A DNA stretch of 64,000 nt. Source: an uncultured Methanosarcinales archaeon. Lineage in GTDB: Archaea > Nanobdellota > Nanobdellia > Woesearchaeales > JABIAG01. This document shows, piece by piece, positions 38,331 to 46,516 of this stretch (positions within the stretch are counted from its first letter, which is position 1; every line of letters begins with the position of its first letter). The notes under the pieces were generated by a model. It did no database searches. It was not told the origin of the DNA and saw nothing but the letters and a program-made list of their open reading frames with translations. Position numbers and translations under genes: made by a program. The DNA lies in NCBI GenBank assembly GCA_964544335.1, contig CAZJAJ010000003.1, forward strand, positions 11,589 through 75,588. The letters are read 5' to 3'.

Positions 38331-38723
38331 TTATTGGGTGTGCTTATCTATGATTCCTTTAATATTTGGTCTAAAGTAGTTTGGTCCTTTGAGGACTTTG
38401 CCATCTTCTCTTAATATTGGCTTGCCATCTTCGCCGAGTTTGCTCATGTTGGAATTGTGCACTTCTGAGAATACTTCGTCAAGTGGTATGCCATAGGATA
38501 CTGCTGTTCCATTGATGATGTAGATCATATCTGCTAGTGCGTCTGCAATTCCTACGATGTCATTTTCCTTTTCTGCTTCAACGTACTCTTGCCATTCTTC
38601 TTCTAGGAGTGCGAATCTGAGTTTTCTAATGTCTTCTTTTGGGAGCGTTGGTTTTTCTTCGATGTGTGCGTTGTAGATGTTGTGAAAGTCACGTACTTTT
38701 TCGTATTGTGTTTTGTTGTCCAT
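38331..38723 (-). CDS. MazG/HisE-like all-alpha nucleotide pyrophosphohydrolase
   Basis: EEWQEYVEAEKENDIVGIADALADMIYIINGTA is a MazG-type EExxE/D...D metal-binding helix pair. A TATA-like AAATATTTATAT lies about 25 nt upstream. Confidence 0.5.
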   Translation of the reverse strand: MDNKTQYEKVRDFHNIYNAHIEEKPTLPKEDIRKLRFALLEEEWQEYVEAEKENDIVGIADALADMIYIINGTAVSYGIPLDEVFSEVHNSNMSKLGEDGKPILREDGKVLKGPNYFRPNIKGIIDKHTQ

Positions 38724-38770
38724 GATGTGTTTTTGGAAGAGAGGTGATATAAATATTTTGTAAAAAGAAA

Positions 38771-38853
38771 ATAAGAAGAAGAAAAAATAAGAAGAAGATA
38801 AGCCACCATCTGTCTACAGTTTCGACTGTAGGCTACGAAATCCATCTGCGCTA
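38771..38853 (-). repeat. partial tandem duplicate of the RNase P RNA 3' terminal segment (P4 3'-strand-like ACAGAUGGUGGCUUAU plus hairpin), flanked by CUUCUUCUUAUUUUU repeats
   Basis: On the plus strand, aaaaataagaagaagATaagccAccAtctgt at 38786..38817 matches gaaaaataagaagaagGTaagccGccTtctgt at 38881..38913 with only three substitutions. Each copy is followed by a different hairpin (CTACAGTTTCGACTGTAG vs TGCCAGCCTATGTGGCA). The unit ataagaagaag occurs three times. Confidence 0.5.
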
Positions 38854-38889
38854 CGCTTGATTGGATAAAAAAGGATAAAAGAAAAATAA

Positions 38890-39246
38890 GAAGAAGGTAA
38901 GCCGCCTTCTGTTGCCAGCCTATGTGGCAGTGTGACATTCTACTTAGCGCCCAAAACGGACTTGCACCGGCCAGGTCTGCTACACGCATTATGCGTGCAC
39001 AAGGTGGAATATCACCTCACGTTTCATCCTCGCTGCAGGAAACATCAGGATTGCTCCATCATCTTTTACCTGCGAAGGTATCGTTTCTGCTCAGTTGCCC
39101 AAGGATCACTCCCTGATGACTTTCGTCATTAACTGCTTATTGGTGGGCGGACTTTCCTCAGTGTGGCTCAAAAGCCTCGATGATTTTGTGAAACATCGCA
39201 TATCGTTTGAAGGATATACACCGTGAGTCACCTCTTCTTCTTAGTA
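38890..39246 (-). ncRNA. rnpB: RNase P RNA (archaeal type)
   Basis: Minus strand has CR-I GAGGAAAGUCCGCCCAC and CR-V ACAGAAGGCGGCUUACC, which can form P4 (AAGUCCGCC/GGCGGCUU). P1 pairs 5' AAGAAGAAG with 3' CUUCUUCUU. A TATA-like TTTAAATA lies about 25 nt upstream of the inferred 5' end. An oligo-U tract follows the 3' end. Confidence 0.7.
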
Positions 39247-39286
39247 TATGGGATGTTTTTGTAGTATTTAAAGGTGTAGGGTAGAG

Positions 39287-39799
39287 TTAGAGTATTTTTT
39301 GGTAATTGAACTTCTCTAGCTGTGATTGAATGTCCTTGTAGGTTTTTCCACAAATTATACCACCTGCCACAAATTCTTCCTTGGTAATGTCTGCTCCACA
39401 AAAAGAAGGTGGTGTGAATGCATCTCTTTGCTCAAGAGAGGTAAATTCAAAGTCAACTACAACAAGTCCCTTGAGATCTGCTTGAAACACATCAATTTCT
39501 GCAGTGTGCTCATTTACTTTGTAGAAGTATCGTATTTTGTGAACTTTTTTGCCATCAATTTGTGAAAGAGCTAAAAATTCGTCTTCTGTAAGGTGAATCG
39601 TTTCTTCTTTTTGATGTGATGGATCATTATCGATGGGTTGTTTTTTTGTTAATTCAAATTTGGTTCCATTTTTTCTTAGTCGAAGAACTGGATGTCTGTC
39701 TGATTTTGGGATGTATACGTCAATTATTTCCTTACTTGGATATTGATTTAAGTCTTGTGGGATTGATGTTGCTAGAAATGTTCGTTCAATTTCAATCAT
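39287..39799 (-). CDS. CYTH-domain protein (CyaB/thiamine-triphosphatase-like triphosphate tunnel metalloenzyme)
   Basis: N-terminal MIEIERTFLA is the signature E-x-E-x-K/R-F-L start of CYTH domains. Length 170 aa. Confidence 0.75.
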   Translation of the reverse strand: MIEIERTFLATSIPQDLNQYPSKEIIDVYIPKSDRHPVLRLRKNGTKFELTKKQPIDNDPSHQKEETIHLTEDEFLALSQIDGKKVHKIRYFYKVNEHTAEIDVFQADLKGLVVVDFEFTSLEQRDAFTPPSFCGADITKEEFVAGGIICGKTYKDIQSQLEKFNYQKIL

Positions 39800-40145
39800 C
39801 TTGCTCTTCTTTCATCTTCTCTACAGCGTTTTGAAATGCTTCAATTTGCTTGTCAGATAAAGCTTTGAATTTGAGGTATTTGATTTTAATGTCACGAAGA
39901 AACATGCTTTTTTCGTAGTATTCTTCTGGTATTGCAAAGAGTTTTTTTACTTTTGGATCTTCAATCTCGCCTTCCATTTCTGGTTTTTGACAGTTGTAAC
40001 AGATTGGGAATCTGTTTCGTGGTGTTGTGAGAACGTATTTCTTTTTGCATCTAAAACAGAGTTGCTTATATTTTACCATTACGAGTCCTAGAGAGAGATC
40101 ATTTATAGTCTTTTCGATAACAAAAAACGTGGTTTTTATGATCAA
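39792..40145 (-). CDS. zinc-ribbon protein (hypothetical)
   Basis: CFRCKKKY...ICYNCQ four-Cys zinc-ribbon spacing. Length 117 aa. Confidence 0.45.
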   Translation of the reverse strand: MIIKTTFFVIEKTINDLSLGLVMVKYKQLCFRCKKKYVLTTPRNRFPICYNCQKPEMEGEIEDPKVKKLFAIPEEYYEKSMFLRDIKIKYLKFKALSDKQIEAFQNAVEKMKEEQDD

Positions 40146-41125
40146 TCCTTTTTCTTTAGCCAGAGTATTTTGAATTCACCTTTTCCTGAGTGGATAGTTG
40201 CTTCTTTTTCTGTAGAGAAGTAGTTGTTGTCTACGGTAACGTGTGGTTCTACAAGCAGCACGGTTTTTTTGGCGATGTAGTGTGCTTGATGACAGAATTG
40301 ATAGAAGTCTTTTTCTGAGAGTCTTGGGATGAATGTAGCAATGAGATCTATTTGATGTTCTTCGAACTTTTGATCGAGTGCTTCAATATTTGTTCGTGCT
40401 ACATCTATTCCTTTGGTTGCTGATATTTTGAGATTCTTTTTGAGTGCTGCAACGTCTTTGAATTCAGGAGAGGAAGCATAGATCTCTGCTGTTTGGTCCT
40501 CTTCCTCCATGTCTTCGAATAGATCTTCAAAATCAATGTCTTTGTAGTGTTGTGATTTCGTAAATCGCATGTGATCCCAATCAAAGTATCGTGGTGATCT
40601 TCTTTGTTGCATATGTAGTGCTTCTATTGTAATGGTTCCATCTTTTGCTAATGGATCAAGTAGAGATGTTTTTTTGGTATACCCTGCCATTCTCAGAAAA
40701 GAGTAGGCAAGTGTTCCTTTGAGTGATTGTTTGTTGGTAAATACCCTGTAGTTTCGTTTTGGCATTTCACCTGTGAAGTCAATGTATGTTTTACTATTGT
40801 ATACATAGAATTGTACTTCTGGTTTTTTGAGATCTACTGTGTAGATATTGTCCTTGTTTATTTCTGCACCAACATCGATTTCTTCTTTTTTGTTTTCAGA
40901 GCGTACACAAAACGTCATGCCTTCTTCTAGCCAATTTTCTGCTTTGTCTTCAAGCAGAACACGAAGGGTTGCTTGAGAGAGGTAGCAATATGTGAAGAGT
41001 TCTTCTTCAGAGCAGGAAAATGAGATTGCACTTTCTTGAATGGTTGCATTTTTTCCTAGAAGTTCCTTTACTTCTGTCTTTGCAGCTTCTTCTGCTCCTT
41101 TGTGCACGAGTGATATGATGTTCAT
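40142..41125 (-). CDS. THUMP-domain methyltransferase-like protein (Trm14/RlmL-like) with degenerate SAM-binding motifs
   Basis: NKQSLKGTLAYSFLRMAGYTKKTSLLDPLAKDGTITIEAL aligns with the APLKETLAAAMLxLAGW....DPMCGSGTxLIEAA region of THUMP methyltransferases. Motif I appears as DPLAKDGT instead of DPMCGSGT. No clear DPPYG motif IV is present. Confidence 0.5.
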   Translation of the reverse strand: MNIISLVHKGAEEAAKTEVKELLGKNATIQESAISFSCSEEELFTYCYLSQATLRVLLEDKAENWLEEGMTFCVRSENKKEEIDVGAEINKDNIYTVDLKKPEVQFYVYNSKTYIDFTGEMPKRNYRVFTNKQSLKGTLAYSFLRMAGYTKKTSLLDPLAKDGTITIEALHMQQRRSPRYFDWDHMRFTKSQHYKDIDFEDLFEDMEEEDQTAEIYASSPEFKDVAALKKNLKISATKGIDVARTNIEALDQKFEEHQIDLIATFIPRLSEKDFYQFCHQAHYIAKKTVLLVEPHVTVDNNYFSTEKEATIHSGKGEFKILWLKKKD

Positions 41126-41196
41126 AGTGTTATGAAAGTATGTTTGCTTAAAATGCTTTTGTCTTTAGTGTGCTGATTAGAGAAATAAGAGAATAA

Positions 41197-43887
41197 TTAG
41201 ATGAAATCTTCTGGTTCATCTTCGTCGTCTTCAGAATCTTCTTCAGGCTCATCAACGGTTTCTTGAACATCTTCGAGTTCTTTTTTGATGGATTCCTCAA
41301 TGTCATCGTCATCATCTTCGATTTCTGGTTCTGTTTCTTTTGCTGCTTGCTTTGATACTTTTTTGGGTTCTGATTCGTCTTCGACATCTGCTACAGGTGT
41401 TGTTGGTGTTTCTTCTGCTTTTGCTTCTTCTACATCAGTGTCGTCTACGTCTTCTTTTGGACATTTTGCAACAGCCATTACTTGATCGCCATCTTTTACT
41501 CTCATAACTCTCACACCTTGTGTGTTTCGACCAATTGTTGAGATGTCATTTGCATTTACTCTGATTGCAACACCGTTCTTTGAGATGAGTAGGATGTCTT
41601 CACCATCAGTGATGTGTTTAATTGCAACAACGCTTCCGTTTTTGTCTGTTGTTTTGATATTGATTACTCCAGAACCACCTCTGTTAATGAGTCGGTAATC
41701 TTCGATGATCGTTTGTTTTCCAAATCCTTTGTTGGTTATGGTGAGCAGTTTATTTTCATCTCTTGCTTTAACCATACCTACGACTTCATCATTGCTTCCA
41801 ACTTTAATTCCACGTACACCGCGTGCTGATCTTCCCATTACTCGAAGATCTGTTTCTTTGAATTTGACTGCTCGTCCATTTTTGGTTGCAAGAACAATTT
41901 GTTGTTTACCGTCTGTTGGTACAACTGTGATGAGTTCATCATTTTCTGCAAGACTGAGTGCAATGATACCACCATTTCTTGGTCGCGCAAAGTTATCAAG
42001 TGATGTTCGCTTTGCTGTTCCGTTTTTGGTTGCAAATACCAAATATTTTCCTTTTTCAAAATGACGGATTGGAATGACTGTTGTTACTTTCTCACCTTTT
42101 TCTGTTCTTATGAGATTAATGATTGGTGTTCCTTTTGCTGTTCGTGAACTTTCAGGCAATTTGTATACTTTTTTCCAGTATACTTTTCCTTTGTCTGTAA
42201 AGATAAGAAGGTATGCGTGTGTTGATGCGATGAAGAGTTCTTCTACAAAGTCTTCTTCTTTTGTTGTTGCTGCAATAATTCCTTTCCCACCTCGTCCTTG
42301 TGCTCGGTATGTTGAGAGTGGTACACGTTTTACGTACCCTGCGTGTGTTAGGGTAACTACCATGGTTTCTTCTTTGATGAGATCTTCGTCCTCAATATCT
42401 TCGATTTCACCTTCTTCAAGGTCAGTTCGTCTTCCATCTCCATAGAGACGTTTCATTTCAGCTAGTTCTTCTTTTATGATTTTGAGAATTTCACTATCAT
42501 TTGCTAGAATGAATTCTAATTCTTTAATTCTCTTGAGTAGCTCTTCTTGTTCATCACGAAGTTTTTTTTGTTCGAGTGATGAGAGTTTTTGTAGTCTCAT
42601 TTCAAGAATTGCTTTTGCTTGTTTTTCAGAGAGTGAGTAGTCTGCTTGTAGTGTTGCGGATGCTTCTTGTGCGTTTGCGGATTTTTTTATTTTTTCAACT
42701 ACCGCATCAATGTGATCTAGTGCAATTACTAGACCTGCTACAATGTGTTCTCTGTCTTTTGCAACTTGTAATTCGTATGCTGTTCTTCTCGTTACTACGA
42801 GTTTTCTGTGCTTAAGAAACTCACTGAGCATTTCTTTTAGACCAAGTACTTTTGGCTCTTTGTCTACAATAGAGAGCATGAGCATACTAAATGATTCTTG
42901 TAATCTTGAGTGTTTGAAGAGTTGATTGAGTACAACGGTTTCGTTTGCGCTTTGTTTGAGTTCAACCACTATTCGCATACCTTCTCTGTCGGATTCATCA
43001 CGAAGATCTGATACCCCTTCGATTCGTTTGTCTCGTACATTTTCTGCGATTTGTTGAAGAAGATTTGATTTGTTTACCATGTATGGAATTTCGTGAACGA
43101 TAATTTTCTTTTTCCCATTTGTTTCTTCGATACTGGTTTTTGCTTTAACGATGACTTTTCCTCGTCCTTTTGCGTAAGCACTTTTTATTCCCATGGATCC
43201 TGTGATAATTCCACCTGTTGGGAAGTCTGGACCTTTTACGTGTTCCATGAGATCAGTTACTTCACATTCGGGATTATCAATGAGTACTTCCATTGCATCG
43301 CATACTTCTGAGAGATTGTGTGGCGGGATGTTTGTTGCCATTCCCACTGCAATTCCGGATGATCCGTTGATGAGTAAATTTGGAACTTTACATGGAAGGT
43401 ATGCTGGTTCTTTGAGTGATCCATCAAAGTTTTCTACAAAGTCAACAGTATCTTTGTCTAGGTCCTTGAGAATTTCTTCGGAAAGTCTTTGCAGTCTTGC
43501 TTCAGTGTAACGCATTGCTGCTGCTCTATCTCCATCAATGGATCCAAAGTTTCCTTGACCGTTAATCAATGGGTATCGCAGGGAAAATTCTTGTGCCATA
43601 CGTACCATGGAATCGTATACTGCGGTGTCACCGTGCGGGTGATATTTACCAAGTACTTCACCTACAATACGTGCTGATTTTTTGAATGGTTTATTGTGAA
43701 GCATGCCAAGTTCTGACATTGCATAAAGAATTCTTCGGTGGACTGGTTTTAGTCCGTCACGCACGTCAGGGAGCGCTCTTCCGATGATTACACTCATGGA
43801 ATATGCAAGGTAAGACTTCTTCATTTCCTGCTCTATTTCTTGCGGAATGATGTCACTATTTTCAGTCTTATTTTCTTGTTCTTCCAT
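41197..43887 (-). CDS. gyrA: DNA gyrase subunit A with acidic C-terminal tail
   Basis: The N-terminus [41 protein letters not shown] is the GyrA/ParC signature, and AAMRYTE contains the active-site Tyr. Six beta-pinwheel-type C-terminal repeats and a long D/E-rich tail follow. Length 896 aa. Confidence 0.9.
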   Translation of the reverse strand: MEEQENKTENSDIIPQEIEQEMKKSYLAYSMSVIIGRALPDVRDGLKPVHRRILYAMSELGMLHNKPFKKSARIVGEVLGKYHPHGDTAVYDSMVRMAQEFSLRYPLINGQGNFGSIDGDRAAAMRYTEARLQRLSEEILKDLDKDTVDFVENFDGSLKEPAYLPCKVPNLLINGSSGIAVGMATNIPPHNLSEVCDAMEVLIDNPECEVTDLMEHVKGPDFPTGGIITGSMGIKSAYAKGRGKVIVKAKTSIEETNGKKKIIVHEIPYMVNKSNLLQQIAENVRDKRIEGVSDLRDESDREGMRIVVELKQSANETVVLNQLFKHSRLQESFSMLMLSIVDKEPKVLGLKEMLSEFLKHRKLVVTRRTAYELQVAKDREHIVAGLVIALDHIDAVVEKIKKSANAQEASATLQADYSLSEKQAKAILEMRLQKLSSLEQKKLRDEQEELLKRIKELEFILANDSEILKIIKEELAEMKRLYGDGRRTDLEEGEIEDIEDEDLIKEETMVVTLTHAGYVKRVPLSTYRAQGRGGKGIIAATTKEEDFVEELFIASTHAYLLIFTDKGKVYWKKVYKLPESSRTAKGTPIINLIRTEKGEKVTTVIPIRHFEKGKYLVFATKNGTAKRTSLDNFARPRNGGIIALSLAENDELITVVPTDGKQQIVLATKNGRAVKFKETDLRVMGRSARGVRGIKVGSNDEVVGMVKARDENKLLTITNKGFGKQTIIEDYRLINRGGSGVINIKTTDKNGSVVAIKHITDGEDILLISKNGVAIRVNANDISTIGRNTQGVRVMRVKDGDQVMAVAKCPKEDVDDTDVEEAKAEETPTTPVADVEDESEPKKVSKQAAKETEPEIEDDDDDIEESIKKELEDVQETVDEPEEDSEDDEDEPEDFI

Positions 43888-43925
43888 GGTATTTCAATTG
43901 GGCATCGATTTATAAGTATTATGCC

Positions 43926-44063
43926 TCAAATACGTTTATAGATTGCGTTTTTTATAAGAAATGACTTCCCACAATAGACGCATTGTTTTCTTTTGTTTGC
44001 AAGTGATCCAAGAGGATTGGTTTTTTGATTATTTCCACACTTTGGACATTTGACGAGAATCAT
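43926..44063 (-). CDS. small zinc-ribbon protein, possible RNA polymerase subunit P (Rpb12-like); 45 aa, below track cut-off
   Basis: Manual translation gives MILVKCPKCGNNQKTNPLGSLANKRKQCVYCGKSFLIKNAIYKRI. It has CxxC...CxxCG-K-x-F-L-x-K, resembling the RpoP CPYCG-x-R-I-L-x-K C-terminal knuckle. It lies between gyrA and scpB. Confidence 0.45.
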   Translation of the reverse strand: MILVKCPKCGNNQKTNPLGSLANKRKQCVYCGKSFLIKNAIYKRI

Positions 44064-44683
44064 TTTTCGAACTCAGAGAGTTGTTTGTTTTCCTTTTTTG
44101 ATTCGAGTACTTGCTGCTGCTGCTTTTCTACTTCTTCTTTTTTTTGCTTTGCTTCTGCTGCTTTTTCCTCGGCATCGTTGATTGATTTTGCAAGGTCTTC
44201 AAATTCTGCAAAGACTTCTTTTACTTTGTCTTTTGGTAGATCAAAGTACTCGAAGAATTTTTGTGTGAGTTTGAGTTTAAATGAACGTCCAAATTTTTCT
44301 TTCATGACATAGCCCATTTCCACGAGGTTTTTAATGTGCTCATATGCGTGCCCACCACGTTGGTTAATGACGTCTGCTTGCAAGATTGGATAGTGAAATG
44401 CAATAACACCAAGTGTTTCAAGTGTTGGTCTATCAAGTTCTGTTTTTGTTACAATGTTTTTTACAAGATCCAAGAATTCATCTTTTACGGTAAGCTTCCA
44501 TTGGTTGTTTTGATTTACAAGTTGAAGTGCTGTTTCTTTTTGTTCGTATTCTTTTTGTAGTTCATCTAATTGGACCTTGAGTTTTTTTGGTGTAAGGCCA
44601 AGAATTTGCATGAGTTCTTCTTCAGTAACCCATCTTCCATAAGCAAATAGTATTGCTTCGGTTTGGAGTAATTGTGGTTTCAC
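44060..44683 (-). CDS. scpB: segregation and condensation protein B (ScpB), with K/E-rich C-terminal tail
   Basis: Tandem winged-helix pattern LEAILFAYGRWVTEEELMQIL ... LETLGVIAFHYPILQADVINQRG. Confidence 0.8.
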   Translation of the reverse strand: MKPQLLQTEAILFAYGRWVTEEELMQILGLTPKKLKVQLDELQKEYEQKETALQLVNQNNQWKLTVKDEFLDLVKNIVTKTELDRPTLETLGVIAFHYPILQADVINQRGGHAYEHIKNLVEMGYVMKEKFGRSFKLKLTQKFFEYFDLPKDKVKEVFAEFEDLAKSINDAEEKAAEAKQKKEEVEKQQQQVLESKKENKQLSEFEK

Positions 44684-45222
44684 TTTGCGTATTTCTCACC
44701 GTCTTTTTTGATCATGTTTTGTTTTTCCATGTTCCCAAGGATACTATCCATTTGGTCTGCTGGAATGCCAATGATTGCTGAAATTTCTTCTTTTGTTTTT
44801 GGTGTTTCTAATGTATGTATGATGAAATTAGCAAGAAGACGGTTGGTATTTTTTTGCATAATTTTTACTTTTGCATTTGAGTTTTTCAGATGCATATCTA
44901 GTTTATGGATTGTTGCAAGCATATCGTTTAGTGAACTACTAAAGTCTTCTTGTTCCATTTCTAGCTTAGATGGTTCGATAATGTCAATTGATGATGGCAT
45001 AAAGTCAAAGCAAAATTCATATACTTGAATCAGGCTGGCAAACCCCATTTCAATCTCTGCAAAGGTGGAAAATAGATCTTTTTCTTCACTTACTGGAGCA
45101 ATATCTTTCTCAAAGATTTCAAATTTAGATTTATCTAGTTCTTCCATTACTAGATTCATTGTTTTCTCAACGTGCTCCTTTGGAGAACCTGCTATTTCCA
45201 TTATGGTTCTTGCTTTTATCAT
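44680..45222 (-). CDS. hypothetical protein upstream of scpB; possibly a divergent kleisin (ScpA-like)
   Basis: 180-aa ORF overlapping scpB by 4 nt on the same strand, with a C-terminal winged-helix-like segment. It has no clear ScpA N-terminal motif. The kleisin assignment rests only on operon position. Confidence 0.35.
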   Translation of the reverse strand: MIKARTIMEIAGSPKEHVEKTMNLVMEELDKSKFEIFEKDIAPVSEEKDLFSTFAEIEMGFASLIQVYEFCFDFMPSSIDIIEPSKLEMEQEDFSSSLNDMLATIHKLDMHLKNSNAKVKIMQKNTNRLLANFIIHTLETPKTKEEISAIIGIPADQMDSILGNMEKQNMIKKDGEKYAK

Positions 45223-45364
45223 AGATGATTATTTAGGGCAGTGATTTAAAAAGTTTTGTGGTGTTTTTCCGTATTAGTAGAGGGGAGAGGATAAAATAAC
45301 CACTGGGCAATACTACCAAAAGTTTAAGAAGGGAAAAGAGGATTACTCAGTGGGGGTTACGTAG

Positions 45365-45808
45365 ATGAGACTATTTAAGAAAAAAGAACTGTTTTTACCC
45401 ATTCCACCGCCACCACCATTGGCGTTTGATGAATTGCCTAAGGCAGAGCATGTTCTTGATGCACCAGAGATGATTCCACCTATTAGTGTTCCTTCTGAAA
45501 ATGATGAGCCAGTAGCGCTTCCTGAAGATCACATGGAGAGTACTTCCAAGGCTCCACCAGCCCCTGCTGCTGAGGTAAAAGAGGCTCTGGCTGCTGAAAA
45601 ATATGTTGAAAAGAATGATTACGAGACAGTTCTTTTTGATTTATCTACTATGGAGAGCACCATTAGAGACTCACAAGGCATCATGGACGATTTACTCACA
45701 ATTAAGAGTGATGCAGATCACTCATTAGAAGAATGGAGGGCAACGTTAGAAGACGTAGAAAGGAAACTCTTATATGTCGATAAGGTGTTGTTTGAAACTA
45801 ATGAATAA
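45365..45808 (+). CDS. small coiled-coil protein, paralog 1 (Pro-rich N-terminus)
   Basis: C-terminal domain DYETVLFDL...LEEWRATLEDVERKLLYVDKVL. Its stop overlaps the next start (ATGAATAA). Confidence 0.45.
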   Translation: MRLFKKKELFLPIPPPPPLAFDELPKAEHVLDAPEMIPPISVPSENDEPVALPEDHMESTSKAPPAPAAEVKEALAAEKYVEKNDYETVLFDLSTMESTIRDSQGIMDDLLTIKSDADHSLEEWRATLEDVERKLLYVDKVLFETNE

Positions 45809-46025
45809 AATGCCCGTTTTTATCAAAGTTGATCAGTACGAAGATGTACTTGACCTTCTTGAAGTCGTACGACAAAAAATTGATACTGCAAAAAATACAC
45901 TTTCTCATATTCAAGAACTGAAATTACAGGAAGATGCAAAGCTTCAAGAGTGGTCAACACATTTGCAAGATGTTGAAAGAAAGCTCTCTTCTGTGCATAA
46001 CAGACTTGGAGAACCAAATCAATGA
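45801..46025 (+). CDS. small coiled-coil protein, paralog 2
   Basis: DQYEDVLDLLEVVRQKID...LQEWSTHLQDVERKLSSVHNRL. It is paralogous to the paralog-1 C-domain, with ATGA overlaps at both ends. Confidence 0.45.
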   Translation: MNKMPVFIKVDQYEDVLDLLEVVRQKIDTAKNTLSHIQELKLQEDAKLQEWSTHLQDVERKLSSVHNRLGEPNQ

Positions 46026-46345
46026 GTCAAGACTATTTTGTTGGCATCGACCAACCCGTTGAAGTGAGAAGAGATGTTCTAGAATCGTCTCGAAGTGTGC
46101 TAAAAGCACTACAAGCGTATGAGGATCTTGCAGACATTCGAACAAAGAAGATAAAAATTACATTATTATTTCAACATCAACTCAAAGATGTGCAGTCAAG
46201 TATTCGAAAAGTGCGACTAACTCTTCCAAAAATGCAAAACGCGGTACGAACGGGAACGAGTAAAAAAGTCACTTCTGGTGCAGTTAGAGCAATTGAGAAA
46301 GAGCTTGCAAGCATTGAAGAAGAACTTAAAGAGCTGAATTCTTAA
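46022..46345 (+). CDS. small coiled-coil protein, paralog 3 (more divergent)
   Basis: QDYFVGIDQPVEVRRDVLESSRSVLKALQAYEDL... It shares the D-Y-F/E start and heptad character. Its start is ATGA-overlapped with paralog 2. Confidence 0.45.
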   Translation: MSQDYFVGIDQPVEVRRDVLESSRSVLKALQAYEDLADIRTKKIKITLLFQHQLKDVQSSIRKVRLTLPKMQNAVRTGTSKKVTSGAVRAIEKELASIEEELKELNS

Positions 46346-46392
46346 ATCGATTAATTTTTTATAGAGCGTGTTTTTCTTGACAAAATGTTATT

Positions 46393-46476
46393 GCGCAGTT
46401 TCCGGAGCGGTCAAACGGGATGGACTCAAAATCCATTGGCTTAGTGCCTTCGCAGGTTCGAATCCTGTGCTGCGCA
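46393..46476 (+). tRNA. tRNA-Leu(CAA)
   Basis: Acceptor GCGCAGT/GCTGCGC with an A discriminator. Anticodon arm ATGGA-CTCAAAA-TCCAT. Long variable arm TGGCTTAGTGCCTTC. T arm GCAGG-TTCGAAT-CCTGT. A TATA-like TTTTTATAG lies about 30 nt upstream. Confidence 0.9.
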
Positions 46477-46516
46477 GCCTTTTTCTTCGAGAAGATTTAA
46501 ATATATACTCTGATGC

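Noticed and set aside
38603-39132. ORFs 38603..38989 (-), 38922..39116 (+) and 38932..39132 (+)
   Set aside because: They fall within the RNase P RNA gene and its duplicated 3' segment. The CR-I/CR-V motifs and P1/P4 pairing explain the sequence better than coding.
41148-41485. ORFs 41148..41387 (-) and 41285..41485 (+) at the gyrA 3' end
   Set aside because: They are alternative-frame or antisense readings of the GAT/GAA-rich DNA encoding GyrA's acidic tail.
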